Source: Methanobacteriota archaeon (lineage in GTDB: Archaea; JAADCQ01; Methanopyri; Methanopyrales; Methanopyraceae). Taken from it: a stretch of DNA of 32,000 nt. Made by a program: the position numbers and the translations under genes. The number at the start of each line of letters is the position of its first letter. Position 1 is the stretch's first letter. The DNA lies in the NCBI GenBank assembly GCA_027064425.1, contig JAMOPO010000052.1, positions 52,372 through 84,371 of the forward strand, read 5' to 3'. This document shows positions 21,749-30,013 of this stretch, one piece after another. The notes beneath the pieces were generated by a model that saw nothing but the letters and a program-made list of their open reading frames with translations, did no database searches and was not told where the DNA came from.

Positions 21749-23533
21749 CTACATCCGCTCGAGCGCCGGGATGCCGAGCAGGTTCATGACGTTCTCCATG
21801 ACGATGGTGAACGCCTCGACCAGCTTCAGCCGCGCCTTTCGGACCTCCTCGTCCTCCGCGTGCAGCACCGGCACCTCCTCGTAGAACGTGTGGAACGCCC
21901 GGGCGAGCTCGTAGGCGTACTCCGCCAGGATGTCCGGGCGCCGCTTCCGCACGCACTGAGCCACCTGCCGCGGGAACATGGACATCTTGAACACCAGCTC
22001 GAACGAGTGATCGTCGTCCAGGTAGGCCGCGTCAAACCGCTGCACCTCCTCGTCAGCCTGCCGCAGGATCGACTTAGCGCGCGTGTAGGCGTACTGGATG
22101 AACGGGCCGCCCCGGCGGAAGTCCAGGGCCTCGTCCCAGTCGAACTCTATGGGCTTGTTCGGGCTGACGCGGGCGATGGCGAACCGGACGGCCCCGATGG
22201 CCACGTTCTCCGCGATCTCCTCCCGCTCCTCCTCGTCCAGGTCCTCGGCGACGCCCGCCTCCTTCATCTTCTCCAGCGCGCGCTTCTTGGCCTCGTCCAG
22301 GAACTCGTCCAGGGTCACGTACCGGCCCTTCCGGGTCGACATCGAGCCCTCGGGCAGGTGGATGAACTCGTAGAAGATCACGTCCACGCGGTCCGGGTCC
22401 GCGTCCAGGATGTCGAGCACCGCCTTCAGCTGCTGCACGGCGAGCTTGTGGTCGGCCCCGAGCACGTCGATGACGAACGCGGCCCGCTTGAGCTTCCACA
22501 GGTGGTACGCGATGTCTCGCGTCGTGTAGAGGGTCGTACCGTCGCTCCGGGTGAGCACGAGCTCCTTGTCGATCCCGTAGTCCTCCAGGTCGAGGATCAC
22601 GGCCCCGTCGTCGCGCTTCTCCGCCGCGCCCATGTCCACGAGCTTCTCGACGATCTCGACCGCATCCTCCACGAACTCGCTCTCGTACACGAACCGATCG
22701 TGGGCCACGCGGAGCCGCTCCAGGGTCTCGATGTGACCCTTTAGGCACTCCTCGACCACGACCTGGAACGCCTCCGCGATGCGCTCGGCCCGGGACTCCT
22801 CGTCCAGCAGGTACCGCTCGTAGGAGCGCAGGAAGCGCTCCACGACCTCCTCCAGCTCGGGGTCCTCCTCGATCTCCTTCGCGGCCTCCGCGTACAGCTC
22901 GCCGAAGAACTCGTCCGGCTTCTTGTCCTCTGGAACCTCCGGCCGCCCCTCCTTGATGTACTTCCAGGCGAGCATCGCGATCTGCTTGCCCATGTCGTTC
23001 ACGTAGTACTGCACCTCAACGTCGTAGTTCGTGAACACCATGCACCGGGCCAGGATGTCGCCGATGATCGCGTTCCTGCCGTGGCCGATGTGGAGCGGGC
23101 CGTTCGGGTTCGCGCTGGTGTGCTCCAGGATCGCGGGCCGACCCATGCCCAGGTCCAGCGAGCCGTACTCCTCCTCGTAATAGAAGATCGATCGCAGGAC
23201 GAGGGCGGCGTACTGGGGCCGGTTCAGCCTGATGTTGATGTAACCCGGCCCGTCCACCCGGGCCTCGTCGACGAGGACGACCTCGTCCAGGTCCGACTCC
23301 TCGAGGATCGTCTCCGCGATCTTCCTGGGCTCCTCGCCCACCTCCTTCGCCAGCGAGAGGGCGACGGGCGTGGCCACGTCCACGTCCTCGACCGGTGGCT
23401 CCGGATCCACCGGCACCTCCACGGGCTCGTCGACGTCGTACGCCGAGGAGATGGCGTCGCGGATCGAGGTCCGGATCGTGCGGACGAGAACCGAGTACGG
23501 GTCGTGGGGTGGAGCCTCCTCTTCCTCCGCCAA
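21749..23533 (-). CDS. argS: Arginyl-tRNA synthetase
   Basis: TTG 23533 lies 14 nt after the aRF1 stop and is preceded by AGGGGT. Motifs: HTSANPNGPLHIGHGRN (HIGH) and the DALR anticodon-binding C-terminus ending ...LLGIPALERM. Confidence 0.9.
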   Translation of the reverse strand: MAEEEEAPPHDPYSVLVRTIRTSIRDAISSAYDVDEPVEVPVDPEPPVEDVDVATPVALSLAKEVGEEPRKIAETILEESDLDEVVLVDEARVDGPGYINIRLNRPQYAALVLRSIFYYEEEYGSLDLGMGRPAILEHTSANPNGPLHIGHGRNAIIGDILARCMVFTNYDVEVQYYVNDMGKQIAMLAWKYIKEGRPEVPEDKKPDEFFGELYAEAAKEIEEDPELEEVVERFLRSYERYLLDEESRAERIAEAFQVVVEECLKGHIETLERLRVAHDRFVYESEFVEDAVEIVEKLVDMGAAEKRDDGAVILDLEDYGIDKELVLTRSDGTTLYTTRDIAYHLWKLKRAAFVIDVLGADHKLAVQQLKAVLDILDADPDRVDVIFYEFIHLPEGSMSTRKGRYVTLDEFLDEAKKRALEKMKEAGVAEDLDEEEREEIAENVAIGAVRFAIARVSPNKPIEFDWDEALDFRRGGPFIQYAYTRAKSILRQADEEVQRFDAAYLDDDHSFELVFKMSMFPRQVAQCVRKRRPDILAEYAYELARAFHTFYEEVPVLHAEDEEVRKARLKLVEAFTIVMENVMNLLGIPALERM

Positions 23534-23547
23534 GCGGACCTACCCCT

Positions 23548-24783
23548 CTAACCCGGTCTGAACCTTAGCAACGCTCCGAGCCCGTTAAACGCCTGGTGGA
23601 ACTGCGCGCCCTCCTCCGTCTCGGTTGAAATTATCTCCACCCGAGCACCCATCTGCTCCGCCAGCTCGATGTAGTAATCCACGATCTCCTTAACGTCCTC
23701 CACCTCCAGCTCCGCCTCCCCGCACTCCGGGCACTCGCCGACGCGCTCCTCCACCTCCTCCTTCTCCCGGACCGTGATCACCTCCTCGTGCCCGCACTCC
23801 GGGCACCGGAGCACGGCCTTGTAACCCTCCAGCTCCTCCGAGATCAGCAGCGTCTCAACGGCGCCCATCCGGAGCATCCGCTCGACCTCGTCCTCACCGT
23901 ACGCCGCCAGCTCCCCGTTGACCGCCTCCTCCATGAACTTCCGCACCAGCCGCTTCTCCCGGACCAGCTCCGCCTCCTTGAGCGCGTCCTCCGCCTTGTC
24001 CAGCGCCTCCCGAATGCCCGACTCGTCGGTGTTCCCGATGTCGACCACGGCGATGACCTTCTCCTTCAGGTCCTTGGGTAGGTAGTCCCCGTCCAGGAAC
24101 TCCTCCTTCGTCGGGCCGGGCCCGCCCACGATGATGCCCTTCAGGTTGTCCACCTCCTCGAAGACCTCCCGCGCGGCCTCCCCCACCTCCTGGTAGAACT
24201 CGTGCGCCGCGTGCTCGATCAGCCGGTCGAAGCGGCGCTGCGACTGACCTCCGGCCTTGTGCTTGCCCGGCACGTCGGACTTGAGCTGCTTCTTCACCTC
24301 GATCCGCTTGCCCTTAACCAGCCCGATGGTCGCCTCGCGGCGGTCCATGACCAGGACGCCGTAAACGTCCTTCTCCTCGAGACACTCCTTCAGCGGCTCC
24401 AGGTAGAACTTCGAGTCGCAGCGGTAGATGAACCGGTCCACGGGCTCCGGCGGCTCGATGAGCTCGGCCACCATCTTCTCCTTCGTCCCGTCCTTGACCA
24501 TACCAACCAGCACGACCAGCCCGTTCTCCGGCGTCTCACCCACGGTTTTAAGCCTCTGAATGACCACTTCGATGGCGGACTGAACGTTCTTTCGAGTCCT
24601 CTTGCTCTTGATATTGCTGGCCTGTGAGTACTCCTCCCTCATCATCGCGATCACATCACTAAGTCGCTTCTCCGGCGGGATGTATATCGTGATTAGCTCC
24701 GTGCCCTCACCCTCGAGGCTCTCCAACCTTTCTAGCATTTTTTTGAACTTGTACCGCTCGACGGTCTCGGACGCCGTCCCCAA
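23548..24783 (-). CDS. prf1: Peptide chain release factor aRF1
   Basis: The preferred TTG start at 24783 gives (M)GTASETVERYKFKKMLERLESLEGEGTELITIYIPP...ASNIKSKRTRKNV...GGQSQRRF (NIKS and GGQ motifs). It is 411 aa, the normal aRF1 length. The track ORF reaching 25515 is antisense to pyrH and is junk. Confidence 0.9.
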   Translation of the reverse strand: MGTASETVERYKFKKMLERLESLEGEGTELITIYIPPEKRLSDVIAMMREEYSQASNIKSKRTRKNVQSAIEVVIQRLKTVGETPENGLVVLVGMVKDGTKEKMVAELIEPPEPVDRFIYRCDSKFYLEPLKECLEEKDVYGVLVMDRREATIGLVKGKRIEVKKQLKSDVPGKHKAGGQSQRRFDRLIEHAAHEFYQEVGEAAREVFEEVDNLKGIIVGGPGPTKEEFLDGDYLPKDLKEKVIAVVDIGNTDESGIREALDKAEDALKEAELVREKRLVRKFMEEAVNGELAAYGEDEVERMLRMGAVETLLISEELEGYKAVLRCPECGHEEVITVREKEEVEERVGECPECGEAELEVEDVKEIVDYYIELAEQMGARVEIISTETEEGAQFHQAFNGLGALLRFRPG

Positions 24784-24810
24784 CGCGGTTCCCCCGGGGG
24801 GTGGTCGAGG

Positions 24811-25482
24811 TTGTACGCGGTCGTGGCCCTCGGTGGGTCCGTGCTCAACGTGGAAAACCCGGACCGGGTCCGGAAGGCCGCTGATCTGATCTCTGAGGCG
24901 CTGGAATCCGGGCTGAAAATCTGCGCCGTCGTCGGTGGAGGGCCCGTCGCCCGTGAGTACATAAACGTAGCGCGAGAGCTCGGAGCGCCCGAGACGGCCC
25001 TCGACGAGCTGGGCATCGCCGTCACCCGGCTGAACGCCGCCCTGCTCAACCTGGCCCTCGGCCGGCCCGAGGCCGACGTCCCGGAAACCCCCGCGGAGGC
25101 CGCGGAAACGGTGCGCCGGGAGGGCGTGGCCGTCTGCGGCGGCACGCACCCGGGCCACACCACCGACGCCGTCGGGGCCATGATCGCCGAGCTCCTCGAG
25201 GCGCCGCTGATCATCGTCACCAACGTCGATGGCGTCTACGACCGCGATCCGAGCGAGCCCGGGGCCCAAAAGCTCCGGGAGCTGGACGCTGACGAGCTCG
25301 AGCGGCTGGCCTTCGAGGCCGACCTGGAGGCGGGCGGCAGCTTCGTGGTCGACCCAGTCGCCGCCAAGATCATCCGGCGCGGCCGCGTGACCACCCACGT
25401 CCTGTCCTGGGATGACTTCAAAAGCGTCGGGATAGAGGGCGCCCTCAAAGGCAGGCACGGGGGCACGATCATCCGGGGGTAG
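24811..25482 (+). CDS. pyrH: Uridylate (UMP) kinase, archaeal type
   Basis: TTG start at 24811. (M)YAVVALGGSVL...AVVGGGPVAREYI...GGTHPGHTTDAVGA...IVTNVDGVYDRDP...VVDPVAAKII matches archaeal PyrH along its whole length. Confidence 0.9.
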   Translation: MYAVVALGGSVLNVENPDRVRKAADLISEALESGLKICAVVGGGPVAREYINVARELGAPETALDELGIAVTRLNAALLNLALGRPEADVPETPAEAAETVRREGVAVCGGTHPGHTTDAVGAMIAELLEAPLIIVTNVDGVYDRDPSEPGAQKLRELDADELERLAFEADLEAGGSFVVDPVAAKIIRRGRVTTHVLSWDDFKSVGIEGALKGRHGGTIIRG

Positions 25483-25487
25483 GCGCG

Positions 25488-25685
25488 GTGACGGAGCGCG
25501 ACCGCGTCCCACCACACTCTCACTGCGTCGTGTGCGGCGCCGCGATCCCGGAGGGGGAGCGCTTCTGCAGCGAGAAGTGCCGACGGGAGTACGAACGCCG
25601 ACGGCGCAGGGTCGTCCTTACCCAGTGGGCCCTTGCGGGCGGTCTGATCGCCCTGGGCGTCGTGCTCATGCTCCGCGGCGTTTAG
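25488..25685 (+). CDS. Small zinc-ribbon protein (DUF2116-like) with a C-terminal TM helix
   Basis: GTG 25488 lies 5 nt after the pyrH stop. HCVVCGAAIPEGERFCSEKCRREYERRRR is followed by the hydrophobic stretch WALAGGLIALGVVLML. Confidence 0.55.
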   Translation: MTERDRVPPHSHCVVCGAAIPEGERFCSEKCRREYERRRRRVVLTQWALAGGLIALGVVLMLRGV

Positions 25686-25693
25686 ACGCGCTC

Positions 25694-26422
25694 CTAGACG
25701 TGTTCCAGCGATGCCAACCCCTCGCCCCGCTCACCTCGAACGCCGCGTCCCGGCGTCCTCACCCGCAGCCCGGGGCAGAAGACCTCCGAACCGCCCGCCA
25801 CGCGCCCCTCGTACTCGACCCACGTCAGGAACTCGTAGCCGGTCCCGGGCGTCTCGTACTCGAACGATTTCGGTATTTTCCGGTCGGTCCGGATCACCTC
25901 CAGGCACTCCGCCCCCCGGACCTCGGTGGGCGCGTACCGCGGCACGCGAGGAGGATCGCTCAGCGGCCTCCGGCCGATCCAGACCCTCGGAGGCAGCACC
26001 CGGGGCCTGTACTGCTCCAGGACGGCGTTAATGACGTCGACGAAGTCCTCTTCCAGCAACAGCGTGTCGATCATCTCGCAGACGACGACGTCAGCGTCGA
26101 TCTCAACGCTCCGAGCGTCGGCTTTCACGACCTCCCAGCTGACCTCCTTGGGCGCGTGCTTCCTGAGGTTCTTCTCCAGCAGCCGCGCCCGCTTAGGGTG
26201 CCTCTCCACCGCGACGACGCGCCGGGCGCCCGCGTTCGCGGCGACGACTGAGAGGGGACCCGTGCCGGCACCCAGGTCCGCGAAGTCGGCGCCGTCGGCC
26301 CAGTCGTACACCATCCGGGCGAAAACGCTCGTCCGGTCCTCGTCCCGGAGCAGGTCGTCCTGGTAGGCGTCCACGAGCAGGCGGAAGGTCCCGGCCGGCG
26401 TCTTGAGCGTTCGCACCTGCAT
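25694..26422 (-). CDS. Class I SAM-dependent methyltransferase, PRMT-like (COG4076-type)
   Basis: ATG 26422. LLRDEDRTSVFARMV (PRMT-like pre-motif I), DLGAGTGPLSVVAANAGARRVVAVE (motif I and post-I), VVCEMIDTLLLEED. Confidence 0.7.
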   Translation of the reverse strand: MQVRTLKTPAGTFRLLVDAYQDDLLRDEDRTSVFARMVYDWADGADFADLGAGTGPLSVVAANAGARRVVAVERHPKRARLLEKNLRKHAPKEVSWEVVKADARSVEIDADVVVCEMIDTLLLEEDFVDVINAVLEQYRPRVLPPRVWIGRRPLSDPPRVPRYAPTEVRGAECLEVIRTDRKIPKSFEYETPGTGYEFLTWVEYEGRVAGGSEVFCPGLRVRTPGRGVRGERGEGLASLEHV

Positions 26423-26425
26423 GCC

Positions 26426-26968
26426 TCAGCTCTCCGCTGCCTCCCGCTTCTTCTCTCGGCCCTGCTCCTCGGCCTCCCGATCCTCCTCCCTCCCCGTTTT
26501 CAGCTTGATCACGTAGTCCGCGGCGTTCTGGAGCGCCGTGCTGAACCCGGGCTCGGCACCGATCACGATGGTGACCTTGCCCATCTCCTTCGCCTTCGCG
26601 ATGATCGGGAGGAAGTCCGTGTCGCGCGTCATCAGGGCCAAGGCGTTCACGCTGTCACTGTACACGATTTCCATCGCCTCGACGGCCAGGTACACGTCCA
26701 CGTCACCCGGGATGACCCGGGGAACGAAGCCCTGGTTAGCCACCGCCTCGATGAGCTTGTCGGAGGCGTACTGGTTGAGGAAGGCCAGCCCGATGCGAAT
26801 CGTCCCGAGCTCCTCGACCAGCTCTCGCACCTCCTTCAGGCTGATGTCGAACTCACGCCGGAGCATGTTTGGACCGTCGATCAGCATCGCGATGTCCAGA
26901 TCGCCCTTCTTGGTCTTCCGCTTGATGACGCCGCTCATGTAATCCTTCACGGTATCCAGCAAGCTCAC
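26426..26968 (-). CDS. NYN-domain (LabA/DUF88-like) predicted ribonuclease
   Basis: GTG 26968 forms a GTGA overlap with the upstream stop. IAMLIDGPNMLRR...GDVDVYLAVEAMEI...LMTRDTDFLPIIAKAKEMGKVTIVIG is a typical NYN pattern. The tail is acidic and lysine-rich. Confidence 0.75.
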   Translation of the reverse strand: MSLLDTVKDYMSGVIKRKTKKGDLDIAMLIDGPNMLRREFDISLKEVRELVEELGTIRIGLAFLNQYASDKLIEAVANQGFVPRVIPGDVDVYLAVEAMEIVYSDSVNALALMTRDTDFLPIIAKAKEMGKVTIVIGAEPGFSTALQNAADYVIKLKTGREEDREAEEQGREKKREAAES

Positions 26969-27738
26969 CCACCCTGATCGGCTGTGAATACGCGTAGTCG
27001 AGTCTCACCCGGACAGAAGTGGAATGGGAAGGATTCAACGATTGCAACGTCCACGACTCCGGCACGGGCGAGCAACGGTGTCAAGTTTGGGCAAGTTTGG
27101 GAGTATAGCATTATGGGACCGCGGTGACGGGCCACGATGCGCTTGAACGAGCCGTTCGCCAGCACCATTCCCGTGGCGACGATTGGGAACTCGCCCAGCT
27201 CCGCGCGCCGCGGGACGCTCACCCGGGGGTCCGCGTCCACCACCCCTCTCAGCAGCCCCCTCCGCTTGAGCTCCCGGTGGATCGCGCTCGAGTACCCAAT
27301 CAGCAGCGCGCTCTCTCCGAAGCGGTCCTCCACCGTGTCCGCTATGACCCTGGCTCGCAGCTTTTCAGCCTTCCTATAACTTCGAGGGAGCCTCTCGGAG
27401 AACAGCGGCGAGACCTCACCGGACCGGGCGCTGGCCATAGCGTCCAGGGCTAGGGCGCTCAGGTGCGAGGGAGCCGAGGAGCGCCACACCGACTTAAGCC
27501 GCCGACCCAGCAGGCTCGGCCCGGACCCGAGCCCGCTGGGGTGCAGCACGGCGCCCTCGAGACCTCTTTCCGTTTTGATCATTATAACGATGTCGTCGTG
27601 CACGCGCTCCCCGTCCGGGGGCCTGCGAGCGCCGCTCAAGGTGAGCACCGAGGCGATGCGGTCGTCCGTTCTCCTATCCCTCACCAGCCTCCTTACCACC
27701 CTGGAATAGGTCCGCCAGCGCCCGGTCATCGCACTCAC
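26965..27738 (-). CDS. DUF4213/DUF364-like (putative chelatase-fold Rossmann) protein
   Basis: ALLIGYSSAIHRELKRRG...FPIVATGMVLANGSFKRIV...IMLYSQTCPNLTPLLARAGVVDVAIVES follows the DUF364 layout. The start is uncertain (GTG 27738, ATG 27729 or GTG 27648); the first two overlap the upstream gene by 56-65 nt. Confidence 0.45.
   Translation of the reverse strand: MSAMTGRWRTYSRVVRRLVRDRRTDDRIASVLTLSGARRPPDGERVHDDIVIMIKTERGLEGAVLHPSGLGSGPSLLGRRLKSVWRSSAPSHLSALALDAMASARSGEVSPLFSERLPRSYRKAEKLRARVIADTVEDRFGESALLIGYSSAIHRELKRRGLLRGVVDADPRVSVPRRAELGEFPIVATGMVLANGSFKRIVARHRGPIMLYSQTCPNLTPLLARAGVVDVAIVESFPFHFCPGETRLRVFTADQGG
27081..27100. repeat. Perfect tandem decamer caagtttggg x2 inside a local AT-rich island
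   Basis: Read directly. It lies within the DUF364-like coding region (codes ..CPNLTPLL.. on the minus strand). The surrounding 40 nt are ~45% GC, well below the window's high background. Confidence 0.95.
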
Positions 27739-28018
27739 CCGACGCGTCCCGCCTGCCGACCTGCACCTCCGGCTCGCCGTAGCGCTCCAGCACGGACCTC
27801 ACGACCTCGCTCGGGTCTCCCTCCCCCTTCACGTCCACCAAAATAACGTACTCTCGCGCGGCGCGGTCTCCGGCCAGGACCAGCGCTCCCTCGTTCACCG
27901 CCACGCGCTCGACCTCGAACCCCTCCGCCCGGAGCGCCCTCCCCAGCCGCTCCTCCAGCTCGCGCGGTTTAAGAGATTTGGTGGAGAGGAGGTGGGCGTC
28001 GATCATCAGCCGGCTCAT
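27674..28018 (-). CDS. Small Hjc-like (PD-(D/E)xK fold) protein; possible Holliday-junction-resolvase relative
   Basis: ATG 28018 forms an ATGA overlap with the PhoH-like stop. ELEERLGRALRAEGFEVERVAVNEGALVLAGDRAAREYVILVDVKG...VVRSVLERYGEPEVQVG parallels Hjc (ERELIKLLEKHGFAVVR..VDLVAG...YLCIEVK...FSRRFGGIPVLAVK). Ala sits where the first catalytic Asp is expected. Confidence 0.4.
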   Translation of the reverse strand: MSRLMIDAHLLSTKSLKPRELEERLGRALRAEGFEVERVAVNEGALVLAGDRAAREYVILVDVKGEGDPSEVVRSVLERYGEPEVQVGRRDASGECDDRALADLFQGGKEAGEG

Positions 28019-29145
28019 GCCTGCTCGACCTCCAGACCCATGCCGAGGAGCTCCTGCAGCACCTCCTCGACGAACCTGGCGTACCGGCCTCGCTGGCCCA
28101 TGAACGGGCCGAAGTCCTTCTGGTCGATCCACACCTTCAGGTTCGGTCCGGCGATGTCCACGTCGACGATGCGCTCGCCGATCCACGGCACCGGGTGGAT
28201 GTCCGCGATGAAGTCGATGAAGTCCAGCGTCAGGTGCGTGACCACGATCCGCATGTTCGTCTCTGCCTCGATGTTGTCGATCCGCTCACCGCCGGTGCCG
28301 ACCACCCGGCCCACGTGACCCTCCTTGGTCACGATCACGGCCTGCGGCACGTTCTCCGTGTCGATCTCCAGGTCCTCGGCGATGGGCTCAACGTACAGGA
28401 CCGTGAGCACGTCAGCGTCCGGCGCCTCGACCTTGACCACGTCCATGATCTCCTGCTCCACGTCGTTCAGCTCGCGGTTGCGGACGCGGATCTCCAGCTG
28501 CAGGTGCACGCCTCGCTCCGCGCCGGGCCGCACGATGTCCCGGGTGCCTAGGTCGATCACCGCGGCCTTGGGCTCCTCCGCCAGGATCTCTCGCATGACC
28601 GTGGCACCGCACCGCTCCACGTCGATGTCCTTCTGGAAGACCGGGTCACCGGTGATCAGCAGGCGGGAGTTGTGGCCCATCCGTGCCAGGACCTCGCCGG
28701 CGTTCTCCGGCAGCATGTTCTGGACCTCGTCCAGCAGGATCACGGCGTCGTCGAACGTGCGCCCCCGGACGAAGTGCGTGTCGACGATCATGATCTTCTC
28801 CTCTTCCATCAGCCGCTTGAGCTCCCGCCGACCGGTGAACTGCGAGAGCACGTCCATCACCGGCGTGACGACCATCTCCTCGAACTTCTCCGGCACGTCG
28901 GCGGAGCTCATCTCCTCCTTCGTCGCCACGTCGACGAGCGGCCGCGTGACGATGAACTTCTCGTACTCGCCCTCCATCACCGCCTTCACGCCGTAGGCGG
29001 CGCAGAAGAGCGTCTTACCGGTCCCCGTCGGGCCGAACACGGCCACGATCTCGTTCTCCTCGTCCAGCAGGGCCTCGTACAGCTCCTTCTGACCGTCCGT
29101 CTGGGGCTCTACCCCGAGCAGGTCCTCCACCATCTCGCCCTCCAC
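28015..29145 (-). CDS. PhoH-like P-loop ATPase with C-terminal KH-type RNA-binding domains
   Basis: PQTDGQKELYEAL..IVAVFGPTGTGKTLFCA...FIVTRPLV...VRGRTFDDAVILLDEVQNM...LLITGDPVFQKD is the PhoH core. The C-terminus has GHVGRVVGTGGERIDNIE and GPFMGQRGRYARFVEEVL, which are KH-like GxxG loops. Confidence 0.78.
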   Translation of the reverse strand: MEGEMVEDLLGVEPQTDGQKELYEALLDEENEIVAVFGPTGTGKTLFCAAYGVKAVMEGEYEKFIVTRPLVDVATKEEMSSADVPEKFEEMVVTPVMDVLSQFTGRRELKRLMEEEKIMIVDTHFVRGRTFDDAVILLDEVQNMLPENAGEVLARMGHNSRLLITGDPVFQKDIDVERCGATVMREILAEEPKAAVIDLGTRDIVRPGAERGVHLQLEIRVRNRELNDVEQEIMDVVKVEAPDADVLTVLYVEPIAEDLEIDTENVPQAVIVTKEGHVGRVVGTGGERIDNIEAETNMRIVVTHLTLDFIDFIADIHPVPWIGERIVDVDIAGPNLKVWIDQKDFGPFMGQRGRYARFVEEVLQELLGMGLEVEQA

Positions 29146-29154
29146 CCCCAGCCG

Positions 29155-29952
29155 TCATCTACCGAACCTTCTCTCCCGCTTCTGGAAGTCTCGGATCGCC
29201 CGGAGCAGGTCGATCTTGCGGAACTCAGGCCAGTACACGTCCACGAAGTACAGCTCGGAGTACGCGGAGTACCACAAGAGGAAGTTACTCAACCGCTCCT
29301 CACCGCTCGTCCGGATGATGAGCTCAGGATCGGGCAGGTCACCCACGTAGATGTAGTCGCGGAACGTCTCCTCGTCTATGTCGTGCGGGTTCAACCGGCC
29401 CGATTTAACGTCTTGGGCTATCTCTCGCACCGCATCGATGATTTCCTGTCTGCCCCCGTACGCCACCGCCACGTTCAGGAACCGCTCCGAGTAGTCCCGC
29501 GTGGCCTCCTCCGCCGCCTTGATCGCCTCCCGCACCCGACGAGGCAGGAGGTGCAGTCGACCCACCGCTCGGATGGCCACCTTCCGCCGGTGAATCCGCT
29601 CGCTCTTCGCCAGCGCCCGAAACCGCTCCTCCATCAGGTCGAAGAGGCGCCGCAGCTCCTCCTTAGGACGGTTCAGGTTCTCGGTGGAGAGGGCGTAAAC
29701 CGTGACGATCCTAACGCCGAGATCGTAGCACCACTCCAGCACCTCCTCGAGCTTGTTCGCCCCGTAACGGTGCCCCTCCCACGGCTTCAACCCAAGCTCT
29801 CGGGCGAACCTCCGATTACCATCCATTATGATGCCGACGTGCTCGGGGATCTTCCCCCGCCGCACCTTCCGCTCCAGCACCCGCTCGTACATCTTATATA
29901 CCGGCTTGAGGGACGCCCGGACGACCTGCCTCATTGCGCGGCGTGGGCTCAT
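29155..29952 (-). CDS. uppS: Undecaprenyl/di-trans,poly-cis-polyprenyl diphosphate synthase (cis-prenyltransferase)
   Basis: IPEHVGIIMDGNRRFA, VTVYALSTENLNRP, RTSGEERLSNFLLWYSAYSELYF. ATG 29952 is preferred, with an alternative ATG at 29934. The track start at 30045 would overlap the divergent gene. Confidence 0.88.
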   Translation of the reverse strand: MSPRRAMRQVVRASLKPVYKMYERVLERKVRRGKIPEHVGIIMDGNRRFARELGLKPWEGHRYGANKLEEVLEWCYDLGVRIVTVYALSTENLNRPKEELRRLFDLMEERFRALAKSERIHRRKVAIRAVGRLHLLPRRVREAIKAAEEATRDYSERFLNVAVAYGGRQEIIDAVREIAQDVKSGRLNPHDIDEETFRDYIYVGDLPDPELIIRTSGEERLSNFLLWYSAYSELYFVDVYWPEFRKIDLLRAIRDFQKRERRFGR

Positions 29953-30013
29953 GGACGCGATCCTGTCAAGGACCGGCGGTAACTTCCGCTCACCCCCTCG
30001 GGGGGTCGGCACG

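Noticed and set aside
24784-25515. 244-codon N-terminal extension of the aRF1 ORF (track ORF 23548..25515).
   Set aside because: It is antisense to pyrH. aRF1 homologs start ~10 residues before the conserved YxFKK, matching TTG 24783.
28672-29982. 436-aa plus-strand ORF.
   Set aside because: It is antisense to the PhoH-like and uppS genes, both of which have unambiguous family motifs on the minus strand. Its composition is junk-like.
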